DNA from: an uncultured Mycoplasmatota bacterium
Lineage (GTDB): Bacteria > Bacillota_I > Bacilli_A > RF39 > UBA660
DNA length: 64,000 bases
NCBI GenBank assembly: GCA_947649365.1
Contig: CANSRH010000003.1
Coordinates: forward strand, 12,036 to 76,035
Reading direction: 5' to 3'
Both the position numbers and the translations under genes were made by a program. Under the pieces are notes generated by a model, which saw only the letters and a program-made list of their open reading frames with translations, was not told the origin of the DNA and made no database searches. Below are positions 50,621 through 60,734 of this stretch, one piece after another (positions within the stretch are counted from its first letter, which is position 1; every line of letters starts with the position of its first letter).

Positions 50621-51699
50621 AAAAATTTTTATTTCTTCTTTTTTTTGTCCCTATCCTATGTAGTGGTTGTTTTGACTATACAGAGTTGAATGACATGGCC
50701 ATTGTTTCAGGGATTTCTATTGATTATTTAGAGGATACTTATCATGTTGGTTTTGAAATATTGAATACAGTGAACAAGGATGATAGTCAAAACCAACCAA
50801 AAGTTTATTTGGTTGAAGGAAATGGTTCTTCTATTTCTGAAGCTTTTTCGGACGCTACTTTAGAAATTGCGAAATTTCCTTATCTCGCTCATTTGAAAAC
50901 CATTGTGATTAGTGAAGAAATCGCGAAGGAGCATGTGAAGGAAATTATTGATTACTTGATTCGTGATAATCACGTGAGAAATATTTTTTATTTGGCCGTT
51001 GCGAGAGATTCCTCTGCTTTAGAAATTCTTAAAAATACGGATGAAAATAATCCTGTTGCTAGTACAGCAATCGCTAAGTTAATTGATAGTAATATCTTAT
51101 CGAATAATATCGCAGCTAGTTTGAATTTTGAACAATTTGTTACGAATATTATTGATCCTCGAAAAGATACATTTGTTTCAACGTTAAAAATAGAAAATGG
51201 AGTTATTAAACTTGCTCCTCTCGCTATTTTTAAAGAGTACAATATGGTAGCCTATCTTTCAGAAGAAGAGTCTGTTACGTTTAATGCGATGAGTGGTGAA
51301 GCAAAAGAAATGCATTTTAAAGTAAGTTGTCCAAATGATAACGAAAACTTTATAGCTCTGACTTCTTTTGATAAACCTAAGTCTGGTATCGAAATAGAAG
51401 ACAAAACTGTTAAAATTTCTACTGAAATAGAAACACGTATTGTGGAAAATCATTGCAATATGGATTTTAAAAAAGTAGAAACTTATGAAAAAATTCAAGA
51501 AAGTGTACAGGAAAGTCTAAAAAAGAGCATGAAACAATTGATGGAAAAATCTATTGAATACGATAGCGATATTTTAAAAATAAAACAAATTTATTATCAG
51601 AAAAATAAGAAAGATATTTCGTTTACAAAATTAAATTATGAGTATGAGGCAAAAGTGATTATTAATAGAAATGGATTAATATTTGAGGTGGAAGAATGA
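50617..51699 (+). CDS. spore germination lipoprotein, Ger(x)C family
   Basis: lipobox LCSGC; 4-bp overlap with A and B genes. Confidence 0.75.
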   Translation: MKKFLFLLFFVPILCSGCFDYTELNDMAIVSGISIDYLEDTYHVGFEILNTVNKDDSQNQPKVYLVEGNGSSISEAFSDATLEIAKFPYLAHLKTIVISEEIAKEHVKEIIDYLIRDNHVRNIFYLAVARDSSALEILKNTDENNPVASTAIAKLIDSNILSNNIAASLNFEQFVTNIIDPRKDTFVSTLKIENGVIKLAPLAIFKEYNMVAYLSEEESVTFNAMSGEAKEMHFKVSCPNDNENFIALTSFDKPKSGIEIEDKTVKISTEIETRIVENHCNMDFKKVETYEKIQESVQESLKKSMKQLMEKSIEYDSDILKIKQIYYQKNKKDISFTKLNYEYEAKVIINRNGLIFEVEE

Positions 51700-52736
51700 C
51701 AAGTAAATTAGAAAATTTTGCAGCAAATTATTATTTGACTAGAGCTTTGTTTTTAGGAATAGGCTTTTCTGCTATTATAGGTATGAGTAAACAGGATAGC
51801 TTTCTAGCTTTTGGTGTAGGAACCATTTTGGGTGTTCTTCTTATTTTTCTTATTAATAAAATTCAAAAATTCAAAGGAGAGAAAACTTTGTCAGATGTTT
51901 TAAAGGAAATGAAAGGGTTAGGTTTCTTTCTTCGTATTGTTTTTTTGCTATTTGGAATGGCTTTGCTTGTTGAGGGACTTACGTTCATTCAATTGTTTGC
52001 TTCTTCCTTTTTCTTGGTTAAAACTCCTATTTGGTTTATTTCTTTGCCTCTTCTTTTTCTTATTGTACGTATTTCTAAAAATGGAATTCTTACTACTTTT
52101 CGAGTCGCTACTTGTCTTTTTCCCATTTCTGTTTTTTTAACCCTTATTTCTTTGTGTGCTCTTTGTGGGTATGCGACACTAGATAATGTGAAACCATTGT
52201 TTGTCACTGAGACCTTTGATTTTATTAAATCTGTGTTTTATTATACTTCTCTTTCTGTTGCACCTTCTATTTTGATGCTTGTTACTAATAAAAGTAATAG
52301 TACATGGTCTTATTTGTTTGGTAGTTTTACTCTGCTCGCTAAAATGTTTTTAATTTTAGCTATTATTGGACCACTTTTAGCTACTGTCTATCGTTTTCCA
52401 GAATATATTATCTTAAAGGAGATTAAGCTCTTGGATTTTATTGAAAAAATTGAAAACATTGTAGCATTGTCTTGGATATTTGATGTTTTTGTTTATCTTT
52501 CTTTGTCCTCTGTCTTTATTAAAGAATTACTTCCTAAAAAGAAAAAGGGACTTGTCCATGGCATTATCGTTTTAGGCCTTTATCTTCTTTCTTTTCTAGT
52601 AATTGGTAAATTTTATACCAATGAATTAGTTATTTATTATACTTTGCCTATTTTTACAGCCATTGTTTTTGTGATTACAATTCCAATTTTGTTTGTTCAC
52701 ACTTATAGAAAAAGATTGATTACTCCCTCTAAGTAA
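51696..52736 (+). CDS. spore germination protein, Ger(x)B family (APC-type permease)
   Basis: 10 TM integral membrane protein completing A-C-B operon. Confidence 0.75.
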   Translation: MTSKLENFAANYYLTRALFLGIGFSAIIGMSKQDSFLAFGVGTILGVLLIFLINKIQKFKGEKTLSDVLKEMKGLGFFLRIVFLLFGMALLVEGLTFIQLFASSFFLVKTPIWFISLPLLFLIVRISKNGILTTFRVATCLFPISVFLTLISLCALCGYATLDNVKPLFVTETFDFIKSVFYYTSLSVAPSILMLVTNKSNSTWSYLFGSFTLLAKMFLILAIIGPLLATVYRFPEYIILKEIKLLDFIEKIENIVALSWIFDVFVYLSLSSVFIKELLPKKKKGLVHGIIVLGLYLLSFLVIGKFYTNELVIYYTLPIFTAIVFVITIPILFVHTYRKRLITPSK

Positions 52737-52746
52737 TCAATCTTTT

Positions 52747-53736
52747 TTAAAATTTTATAATGCTATCACTCGTATTGTCTGTATTTTTATTTAATCTAGG
52801 CATATCTGCTCTTTTTGGTAAAACAAATTCAGGTTTTTTAGGAGTAACTGGTCTTACTGGCTCTGGTGCTTGTTCTTTAGCTACCTGTTCTACTGGAGAT
52901 TCTTGTTTTAGTTCATAGGTTTCTGGCTCTAATCGAGAGGCATAGTTTTCCGTTTCTTTCGTTTCTTCTCTAAATATATCTTCTCTTTCATTGTTTTTAT
53001 ATACAGAACTAAATACAGAAGGCGTTACTCTTCTTGGTGTTTCTCTTGCATCCGGTTCATAAGAAATTGGTTCTTCTTGATATTGCTCTTTGTTTCCTTC
53101 TTCTTGGTTACCAAAATCATATTCTTCGTTTTTCAAATCCATATAGGTAATTGGTTCTTGCTCAAAATTACTTTCTTTTTCTAAGGCTGAAAGATTAAAT
53201 ATATCGATATCATTATTTTTTTCTGGTTCTACCCTATATTCTTTTTGTTCAAATGCTTCTCTCTCCAAAGCAAAATCTCTATCCAAATCATCTTGTAAAT
53301 AAGGTGTTTCCACTTCTGGTTCTTGTACCATTGATTCTATGACTGGATCTAGAACTTCTCTTTCGTCCAATGGTTCTGTCATTCTTGTATTTCTAAATTC
53401 ATTTTCTAATGGTATAGTTTCTAATTCTTCTTTTTCTTCTTCTGTTGTATTTCGTTCTAATTCTTTGATTGCTTCTCTATTTTCTTCTATTTTTTGTAGT
53501 TCCCTTCTAGCTTTTTCATCTTTTTTACCAAAAAATAAAATGACTAAAAAGGCAAACGCTAAAATGGTAATTACTATAAATAAACCGATTCCAAAATAAT
53601 TGTAACTATATAATTTATATAAAAAGTCCACTTTTGTCCACCACCTTTTGTATTCTGTAAATAGAATACCATATTCTACTTTACAAATCAAGATAAATGT
53701 TTTGTAAAGGATAAGTATGCCTACAACGAAAAACAA
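52747..53736 (-). CDS. hypothetical membrane-anchored acidic, Pro/Glu-rich protein
   Basis: N-terminal TM, low-complexity acidic C-terminal region. Confidence 0.4.
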   Translation of the reverse strand: MFFVVGILILYKTFILICKVEYGILFTEYKRWWTKVDFLYKLYSYNYFGIGLFIVITILAFAFLVILFFGKKDEKARRELQKIEENREAIKELERNTTEEEKEELETIPLENEFRNTRMTEPLDEREVLDPVIESMVQEPEVETPYLQDDLDRDFALEREAFEQKEYRVEPEKNNDIDIFNLSALEKESNFEQEPITYMDLKNEEYDFGNQEEGNKEQYQEEPISYEPDARETPRRVTPSVFSSVYKNNEREDIFREETKETENYASRLEPETYELKQESPVEQVAKEQAPEPVRPVTPKKPEFVLPKRADMPRLNKNTDNTSDSIIKF

Positions 53737-53741
53737 AGTAC

Positions 53742-53951
53742 TTACATATACTTTGTCATTTGTTTCATTACTTGGTTTACTTGTTTTTGACTAGGTTTTC
53801 TTCCCATACTGCTCATCATGGCTTCTATCATTTTTTCATTGATGGGAGGATTTTTTTTCATGTATTTTTTCATTACCAATTGGGCAACAAAAAATCCAAT
53901 AATTAAACCTACAACTAGTCCTGCTACAATTAATAAGATATCCTGTATCAT
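53742..53951 (-). CDS. yneF: UPF0154 family small membrane protein YneF
   Basis: 69 aa, N-terminal TM then MIEAMMSSMGRKPSQKQVNQVMKQM; conserved position next to tkt. Confidence 0.6.
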   Translation of the reverse strand: MIQDILLIVAGLVVGLIIGFFVAQLVMKKYMKKNPPINEKMIEAMMSSMGRKPSQKQVNQVMKQMTKYM

Positions 53952-53997
53952 TTTTTGTTTCCTCCTTTCTTTATTGTACTCTAAACGAGACTTTTTC

Positions 53998-54420
53998 TCA
54001 AGTTTTCTGAAATAGTCGTTCTAACCAAAAGTAATCTTTATTTTCAAAATCACAAAGAAATATATTCGGATATTCTTTTAAATCATTTAAAAATGTTGGT
54101 CTTATCACCGTACTTTTTAATAAAAGGAAATGTTTATGAACAATTAATTTTGATTCTTCCTTTTTATAAATATTATTCACTTGATGAATATTTTTGAACT
54201 TGGTATAGAAAAAATTATCTTGATATTTTTTAAAAATTTGAATATCCATATCTTTACTTTTTAAACGTTCTACCATTTGATAAAATAACTCTGCTCCTCT
54301 GTTAATTTCTGTGCGATCTATATTGTAGATATAAGACATCATTTTGTATAAATGATAAGGATTGTTTTTGGTAAGTCGTGCGTATTCGTCTTTAATTTTA
54401 AAGATATAGAATGTTCTCAT
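53998..54420 (-). CDS. hypothetical protein, possibly SirA (YneE)-like sporulation inhibitor of replication
   Basis: 140 aa between tkt and yneF, the yneE position in B. subtilis; N-terminus MRTFYIFKIKDEY weakly recalls SirA. Confidence 0.3.
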   Translation of the reverse strand: MRTFYIFKIKDEYARLTKNNPYHLYKMMSYIYNIDRTEINRGAELFYQMVERLKSKDMDIQIFKKYQDNFFYTKFKNIHQVNNIYKKEESKLIVHKHFLLLKSTVIRPTFLNDLKEYPNIFLCDFENKDYFWLERLFQKT

Positions 54421-54489
54421 ACTTATTCACCTAAAACAAGTATATCGTAGTATTTTTTTCTAATTTGTCGAAAATGGTCGCTATTTTTC

Positions 54490-56472
54490 TTAATTCGTTA
54501 GGAGTCTTGCGACTTTCATTTTTAAGTTTTCATAGTCGTACCCACATTTTTTTAGTACTTCTTCTGGGGTACCACTATAACCAAAGTCATTGATTCCTAT
54601 GATGTATTTTTCATCACTTACAAACAATCCCCAACTTAAAGGACTTCCTGCTTCTAATACGATTGTTTTTTTATTGGGTGGAAGAACACCTAATTGGTAG
54701 TTTTTGTCTGCTTTTAGGAAGAGCTCTCTACTAGGCATTGAAACAACGCGAATGTCTAAGTTTTCTTTTTTTAGTTCTTCTTTCATTTGTAGAGCCATTT
54801 GTACTTCGGTTCCTGTTGCGAGTAGAATGCCATCTAGTCTTTGCTCTTCTTTTCCTATGATGTATCCTCCTGCTGGAACGAGCTTGGCATTGGAATTTTG
54901 TAATTTAGGCATTTTGCTTTTGCTTAAAACAAGACTCACTGGTTTTTTGTTTTTGCAAATGTATTCCCAACACCCTAATACTTCGTTAAAGTCACAAGGA
55001 CGGAATGTTATCATGTTAGGAATGCTTCTTAAAGAAGTTAGTTGTTCCACTGGTTCGTGCGTTGGACCATCTTGACCAATTGCGATAGAATCATGAGTAA
55101 AGATATAAGTAACTGGTAAATTCATAAGGGCAGTCATACGCATCGCTGGTTTTAAGTAATCACTCCATGTAAGCATGGTACTGCAGTAAGTTTTTAATCC
55201 TAATAAAGCCATTCCATTTAAAATAGCTGCCATGGCATGCTCACGAATCCCAAAGTTGATGTTTCTTCCTAAGGGATGCGCTAGACTATTGATGTGTGTA
55301 TTTTCGATGTAGGCTTTTGTTGATGATGCTAAATCTGCACTCCCTCCAAGTAAGAATTCTGTTTTGCTTGCCACTATATTTAATATTTTATGATTGGTCA
55401 TTCTTAATTCTTCCATATAGGTATCGTTGACACGATAATTTAAACTTTCAAATGGAATTATTACTTCTTTGTTTACAAGCATTCGTAAACAATTTATTAG
55501 TCGGTCATTCGCGGATGATTTTATTTTATTAAAGTAAGAAACATGTTCTTTGTATTTTTTTTCTATTCTTTCACTGATACATTTGTGAACATGTACTGTG
55601 GTGTCTTTTCTTACTTCAAAAGGAGCAACCGTAACATTTAACTTTCTTTTGATTTGAAAAATATCATCGTCTGTTAAAGGTGTACCATGTACTAAGCTTG
55701 TGTTTTCATTTCTGCTATCTTTTCCTAGTATGGTATTTATAATTACTAAGGATGGTTTTTTACTTTTTTTAGCACTTGTAATGGCTTTGTCAATGTTTTT
55801 TATGCTTGTTCCATCTTTTACAACTGTAGTGTAAAATCCCATAGCATCAAAACGAGATTCTACATCTTCTAAGAAGTCTGTATCAACACTTCCATCATTG
55901 GTCATTTTGTTGCAGTCATATAAAATCATAAGTTTGTCTAGTTTTTGTGTTCCTGCAAACGATGCGGCTTCGTAAGAAATTCCTTCCATCATGTCTCCGT
56001 CCCCACATAAGCAGTAAGTTCGAAAGTCAATTAATCCTTGCTCTTCGTCTTCACTTTTTAATAGATTTTCAATGTATCGCTCTCCAAAGGCAAAGCCTAC
56101 TGCATTTGCAATTCCTTGTCCTAATGCTCCTGTTGTTATGTCCACTCCTGGTGTTACTCCATATTCAGGATGTCCTGGACATTTGGAATCTATAGAACGA
56201 AATTGTTTTAGGTCTTCCTTGGAAATATTAAATCCACATAAATGAAGAGTGGCATATAAAAGTGCACTTCCATGTCCTGCAGATAAGACAAATCGATCAC
56301 GATTTAACCATTCCGGATTTTCAGGATTTATGTTTAAATGATGCACATATAAAGTATAAATGATTGGGGCAGCAGATAAAACAATGCCAGGATGTCCACT
56401 TTTTGCACTACTAATCATATCTAGTCCTAATGCTTTTATTTCATTTACTCCATTGGTATCGTTATTGTTCAT
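54490..56472 (-). CDS. tkt: transketolase
   Basis: SAKSGHPG, LSAGHGSALLYATLHL, GHPE motifs; start placed at MNNNDTNGV with AGGTAGGGA RBS (ORF extends to 56595). Confidence 0.9.
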   Translation of the reverse strand: MNNNDTNGVNEIKALGLDMISSAKSGHPGIVLSAAPIIYTLYVHHLNINPENPEWLNRDRFVLSAGHGSALLYATLHLCGFNISKEDLKQFRSIDSKCPGHPEYGVTPGVDITTGALGQGIANAVGFAFGERYIENLLKSEDEEQGLIDFRTYCLCGDGDMMEGISYEAASFAGTQKLDKLMILYDCNKMTNDGSVDTDFLEDVESRFDAMGFYTTVVKDGTSIKNIDKAITSAKKSKKPSLVIINTILGKDSRNENTSLVHGTPLTDDDIFQIKRKLNVTVAPFEVRKDTTVHVHKCISERIEKKYKEHVSYFNKIKSSANDRLINCLRMLVNKEVIIPFESLNYRVNDTYMEELRMTNHKILNIVASKTEFLLGGSADLASSTKAYIENTHINSLAHPLGRNINFGIREHAMAAILNGMALLGLKTYCSTMLTWSDYLKPAMRMTALMNLPVTYIFTHDSIAIGQDGPTHEPVEQLTSLRSIPNMITFRPCDFNEVLGCWEYICKNKKPVSLVLSKSKMPKLQNSNAKLVPAGGYIIGKEEQRLDGILLATGTEVQMALQMKEELKKENLDIRVVSMPSRELFLKADKNYQLGVLPPNKKTIVLEAGSPLSWGLFVSDEKYIIGINDFGYSGTPEEVLKKCGYDYENLKMKVARLLTN

Positions 56473-56626
56473 AGTATCCCTACCTATTCTTCTTTCTAAG
56501 TATAACAAAAAAAAAGTACATTCGCAATTTTTTCTTTTTCTTCTTCTTGCTACTTTTTTCCTCTTTTCTAATTTACAAACAAATAAAAAAACCAATTATT
56601 TTTTCTCAAATAACTAGTTTTTTATT

Positions 56627-56959
56627 TTATATCCACTTTGCTTCCATGGCTTTTGCGTTTAAAATCATTTCTTTTTCTGTTAAAGCATCAAACAAATTGA
56701 TATTTAAATTATTACATATCGATATTAGGACGAGGAATATGTCAGCAATTTTTGACTCGGAATTTTTGGTATTGTGATCTTTTAGAGAAATACGTACTTC
56801 ACGGCCTAGTTCAATTACATTAAAGAACAAACGAAACATTTCACTATTGATGTCTTTTTTATCAAATGTATCTACATTTATTTTTTTTTCTACATAATTT
56901 TGAATCCTATCTAAACTGTCTTCTCTTCTTAAATTGTTTAATAATTCTTTTGTATTCAT
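56627..56959 (-). CDS. MazG-like nucleotide pyrophosphohydrolase (YpjD-like), tentative
   Basis: 110 aa; SKIADIFLVLISICNNLNINLFDAL resembles the EEIGDVLFVLVCLAN helix of small MazG-like proteins. Confidence 0.35.
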   Translation of the reverse strand: MNTKELLNNLRREDSLDRIQNYVEKKINVDTFDKKDINSEMFRLFFNVIELGREVRISLKDHNTKNSESKIADIFLVLISICNNLNINLFDALTEKEMILNAKAMEAKWI

Positions 56960-57174
56960 TATTCATTTACCTCCATTGCAATTCCATTGTATTTTTCCAT
57001 TTGTTCTAATTGATTTAAATATTTGCATCTAGCATTTAATGCAAATACTCCAATAACGATAACCGAGTACAAAAGTATTGCTCCGCTGTATTTTGTCATT
57101 ATTTTTTTCATTCTTCATTCCCTCTTTCTGCATTTACTTTAACACGTATATTTGTTCGTGTCAATAACTTTTGT

Positions 57175-57186
57175 GAACATTTGTTT
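57175..57186. promoter_or_regulatory. candidate degenerate LexA (Cheo-type) box GAACATTTGTTT upstream of lexA
   Basis: GAAC-N4-GTTt, one mismatch from GAAC-N4-GTTC; second partial site ATATTTGTTCG at 57148-57158. Confidence 0.25.
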
Positions 57187-57234
57187 GACTTTTTACAGAT
57201 TGCATGTTACTATGATTATGGAGGTTAAGTTTAA

Positions 57235-57852
57235 ATGAAAGAACTAACTACAAAACAAACAGAAGTACTAAATTTTATTAAAAAATATACAGCTATGCAT
57301 GGCTATCCCCCTGCTATTCGAGAGATTTGTGCAGGTCTTGGTCTTTCTAGTCCAGCAACGGTTCATGCCCATGTTAAACGATTAGAAGAAGCTGGGGCAA
57401 TTAAGACAAGCAATAATAAATTTCGTACAATCGAAATCTTAGTAGAAAATGAGTTTTTGGAAAAAGATGAAGAAGTTGTTAAGATTCCCCTTCTTGGAAA
57501 AGTGACAGCTGGAAGTCCTATTGAAGCTATTGAGCAAGCCAATGAATATTTTAATGTTCCTGCTGCTTTAATTCCTAGAAAAGAAACCGTCTTTGCTTTA
57601 CATGTTAGTGGTGAATCCATGATTAATAAAGGTATTTTTGATGGAGATTATGTTATCGTTCAAAAGCAAAAGGTTGCTCGTAACGGAGATGTTGTTGTTG
57701 CTATGACAGAAGAAAATGAAGTGACTTTGAAAACTTTTTATAAGGAAAAAGACCATATCCGTTTGCAACCAGAAAATGATACAATGGCACCAATTCTTCT
57801 ACCAAATTGTACTATCTTAGGAAAAGCCATTGGGTTGTATCGCCAGTTTTAA
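57235..57852 (+). CDS. lexA: SOS transcriptional repressor LexA
   Basis: N-terminal winged HTH (GYPPAIREI...), C-terminal S24 peptidase with GESMINKGIFDGDYVIVQKQ and Ser/Lys dyad; GGAGG RBS. Confidence 0.9.
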   Translation: MKELTTKQTEVLNFIKKYTAMHGYPPAIREICAGLGLSSPATVHAHVKRLEEAGAIKTSNNKFRTIEILVENEFLEKDEEVVKIPLLGKVTAGSPIEAIEQANEYFNVPAALIPRKETVFALHVSGESMINKGIFDGDYVIVQKQKVARNGDVVVAMTEENEVTLKTFYKEKDHIRLQPENDTMAPILLPNCTILGKAIGLYRQF

Positions 57853-57854
57853 AG

Positions 57855-57878
57855 ATATTCGTATCTTTTTTTGATTGG
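57855..57878 (+). terminator. weak rho-independent terminator after lexA
   Basis: AAGATA-ttcg-TATCTT followed by T7. Confidence 0.4.
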
Positions 57879-57914
57879 AAAAAGTTGTATTTGAACACAA
57901 AATTGTGTACAATG

Positions 57915-58300
57915 AAAATGTAAGTGTTACCAATTTGGATAACGCCTTACATTGTTGTGAAGACGCTATGCCTTTATCATGTAATCTATTTTATGTGGTT
58001 TTGGTCTAGCGTCTATTTTTCATATTAATCGTAGAATAACTACAATCAATAAGATAATTATTACTAAAAGAAGTAAACTCATTAAGCGTATATACTCTTG
58101 TTATACTCTCCGCCTCCTACGGTACCAAACCTCCCTAGTTCATTCTGGATGTAAGTACTAGCAGAATTTGTAGCAAGGCGCTACCATCTTGGTAACACGG
58201 GTTTCTATTATAATTGAAATGCTCTTATTTTCTAAGAAAAAACGTTCGCCAAATGTCGACAAACAAAAAAAGTCTCAATTTCTTACTTTTGAGATTTTTT
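57915..58300 (+). ncRNA. candidate uncharacterised small RNA / structured transcript
   Basis: own promoter-like TTGTAT-N17(TGtg)-TACAAT at 57885-57913, no ORF, locally GC-rich patches (CTCCGCCTCCTACGGTACC..., GCAAGGCGCTACC), 8-bp stem AGACGCTA/TAGCGTCT, ends at a bidirectional terminator. Confidence 0.2.
58262..58300. terminator. bidirectional rho-independent terminator
   Basis: GTCTCAA-tttcttactt-TTGAGAT with T-runs on both strands. Confidence 0.6.
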
Positions 58301-58318
58301 TATGTAACTATTTCTTTT

Positions 58319-59458
58319 TTATCTAAACAACATAAAGGCCAAGAATACAATATAAATTGTAAGAACAATGGCACCATTGATTTTATCATTTTTTCCTGAT
58401 TTTCCAGTTACACCACACGCCATCATTGCTAAATAACCACCAATTAAACCACCAACGTGTGCTGCATTATCTATTCCAGAAATCATAAATCCTAAAAATA
58501 GGTTCATAAGAATTAAAGGAATGATTTGTGCTCTTAATACATTTCCTAAATACAAACGATAATGATAGCCAAAGTATAAAATGCTTCCTAAAAGTCCAAA
58601 TATTGCTCCACTCGCTCCAACAGAAAGATTATTTGAAAACAAACAAGACATTAAACTTCCACTGATTGCACTTATTATATACACAAATAGAAATTTCTTT
58701 TTGCCAATAAAGTTTTCAAGTTGAGAACCTATGACAGCTAGAGAATACATATTGACAAACAAATGAATAATTCCAGCATGTAAAAATGTTCCTGTTAAAA
58801 GTCGCCAAAATTCTCCTGATTTTATGGCTGGTGCAGAGACCGCTCCAAAGTTGTAAAGTGTTCTTCCATCTAGACTTCCACTTCCTAATACGTACGTTAA
58901 TAAAAATAGAAAAGCACACAATGCCATTAATGTATAAGTAATAATGATTTTTTTTGGTTTAAATGTTGCTTCATAGATTTTATTGTTTTTTTCTGTTTTT
59001 TTATTAATGTCTTCTGTCACATTTATAATTAAATCTAAACCTTTGGTGTCTTTTAAAAGTTTGTTTTTTATTCCTGGAAAAAAGGGAATAATTTTTTTTG
59101 TTTCTTTGTCACTAACATCTTTTAAAATTACCGATTTAATGTGTTTGTCGTCCATCAATTCTACTTCTTCGTTGACATCTAGAAAAATATTAAAGGTGTC
59201 CATCGTGAAGGATACGGTTTTCTTTTTTATTTGACGCATGACATTTTTTATTTTAAAAAGATCTACAGCAAATTGTTCTTTGTTATGAATATAATTGGAA
59301 TTGATACGAACAATTTTATATTTTGCTTCACTATTTTCTAACCATACTTCATCTTTTACTCCATTTACTATAATGGGAGTATAATTTTCTTCGGTTATAA
59401 AATAATGGACCAAACGCATGACGATTTCATCTTTTTTTGTTATTGTGATTGTATTCAT
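58319..59458 (-). CDS. rhomboid family intramembrane serine protease with N-terminal cytoplasmic domain
   Basis: GASGAIFGLLG (catalytic Ser) and AHVGGLIGG (catalytic His) in C-terminal 6-TM core. Confidence 0.75.
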   Translation of the reverse strand: MNTITITKKDEIVMRLVHYFITEENYTPIIVNGVKDEVWLENSEAKYKIVRINSNYIHNKEQFAVDLFKIKNVMRQIKKKTVSFTMDTFNIFLDVNEEVELMDDKHIKSVILKDVSDKETKKIIPFFPGIKNKLLKDTKGLDLIINVTEDINKKTEKNNKIYEATFKPKKIIITYTLMALCAFLFLLTYVLGSGSLDGRTLYNFGAVSAPAIKSGEFWRLLTGTFLHAGIIHLFVNMYSLAVIGSQLENFIGKKKFLFVYIISAISGSLMSCLFSNNLSVGASGAIFGLLGSILYFGYHYRLYLGNVLRAQIIPLILMNLFLGFMISGIDNAAHVGGLIGGYLAMMACGVTGKSGKNDKINGAIVLTIYIVFLAFMLFR

Positions 59459-59834
59459 TCTATTCTCCTTTAAGTACTATTATTTTAGTATACTTCATAT
59501 TTTTAGTAAAGAGGTGATTCTTATTCTAACATTTTTCTTTACAATCGCTTTTATTTTTACTCATGTACTCTTGTTTTTTCCTATTCGTAAAATTGTTTTG
59601 TCTAAAAAAATGGATAATGATTTTTTGTTTATTTACCTCTCTAATTTATTATTGCTTGCTAGTTTTTGTTATTTTTTTATTTTAGAAAGTAATCTTTTGT
59701 TTTCTTTTTATATTTCTTTGATTTTAATGATTTTTTCTTATCTTTTTGTTTATCATATCAAAAATACTTTGAATGGCTATCAACTTCTTAGCTTGCCCTA
59801 TTTTTTCTTGTGTGTTTTTACTTTTGCAAAGGTT

Positions 59835-60734
59835 TTAATTTTCTTTCTCTTCTAAGTTTTTTATAAAATTGCTAAAGTATTCGGGGAGTTCACTTTCAAA
59901 ATGCATTTTTTCTTTGGTGATGGGATGAGTGAAGTCAATGGTTTTTGAGTGTAAAAATTGCCCTTGTTCTTTTGTTATTTGGTGACCATATACGGGGTCA
60001 TTGTATACTGGATAACCAATGTATTGCATGTGTACCCGAATTTGATGCGTTCTTCCTGTTTCTAGTTCTAGACTTACTAAAGTATTTTTTGTATATCTTT
60101 TTAAAACTGTAAGATACGTTATTGCATGTTTTGAATTTTCTGCTGTAACTTTCATTTTTTTTCTTTCTTTTTTGTCTCTACCAATCGGCGCATCTATTTT
60201 GGCTTTGTTGTGAGGAAATACACCATTTAAGAGTGCCACATATTGTCTTTTTACGTTGTGATTCTTGAAATCTTCTGACAAGATTGTATGAGATTGATTG
60301 GTTTTCGCAACCAACATAAGGCCTGAGGTATCTTTGTCTAGACGATGCACTATCCCTGGTCGTTCTTCTCCATTCAAATCACTTAAATTTTGGGTATAGT
60401 ATAAAAGTCCATTGGCTAAGGTATTTGTTTCGTTTCCACTTCCTGGATGAACTACTACTCCATTCGGCTTATTGATAATGATAATGTGTTCGTCTTCATA
60501 GATAATATTCAATTCCATTGGTGTGGGTGAGATATCGGTTGTGGCAACATATTCTTTTACGATTTCTATGGTATCTTCTAGTTTTACTTTGTAACTTGCT
60601 TTACTAGGTTTGTCATTGACTAAAATATTTTCTTGTTCAATCATTTTTGTGATAATACTTCTTGAGTAATCTAAGTGTTCACTTAAATATTTGTCTAAGC
60701 GTTCGTTATTTTTATTGTTTACTACGATTTTCAT
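59835..60734 (-). CDS. rluD: RluA-family 23S rRNA pseudouridine synthase (RluD-like)
   Basis: S4 domain N-terminus, catalytic HRLDKDTSGLMLVAK; downstream of lspA as in Bacillus. Confidence 0.8.
   Translation of the reverse strand: MKIVVNNKNNERLDKYLSEHLDYSRSIITKMIEQENILVNDKPSKASYKVKLEDTIEIVKEYVATTDISPTPMELNIIYEDEHIIIINKPNGVVVHPGSGNETNTLANGLLYYTQNLSDLNGEERPGIVHRLDKDTSGLMLVAKTNQSHTILSEDFKNHNVKRQYVALLNGVFPHNKAKIDAPIGRDKKERKKMKVTAENSKHAITYLTVLKRYTKNTLVSLELETGRTHQIRVHMQYIGYPVYNDPVYGHQITKEQGQFLHSKTIDFTHPITKEKMHFESELPEYFSNFIKNLEEKEN

Noticed and set aside
54490-56595. N-terminal extension of the transketolase ORF (MVFLFVCKLEKRKKVARRRKRKNCEC...)
   Set aside because: Arg/Lys/Cys-rich junk upstream of a good RBS and the conserved MNNNDTNGV start. 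The real start is taken as 56472.
58120-58170. T-box or riboswitch in the lexA-rhomboid intergenic region
   Set aside because: Reverse complement (GGGAGGTTTGGTACCGTAGGAGG) superficially recalls the T-box AGGGTGGNACCGCG. The match is imperfect, there is no downstream aaRS or transporter gene, and the orientation is wrong. Kept only as a generic sRNA candidate.
59418-59855. 145-aa plus-strand ORF of almost pure Phe/Leu/Ile between the rhomboid and rluD genes
   Set aside because: No RBS, overlaps the rhomboid start. Composition is what an AT-rich intergenic region (TTT/ATT/TTA codons) gives by chance. Treated as spurious.
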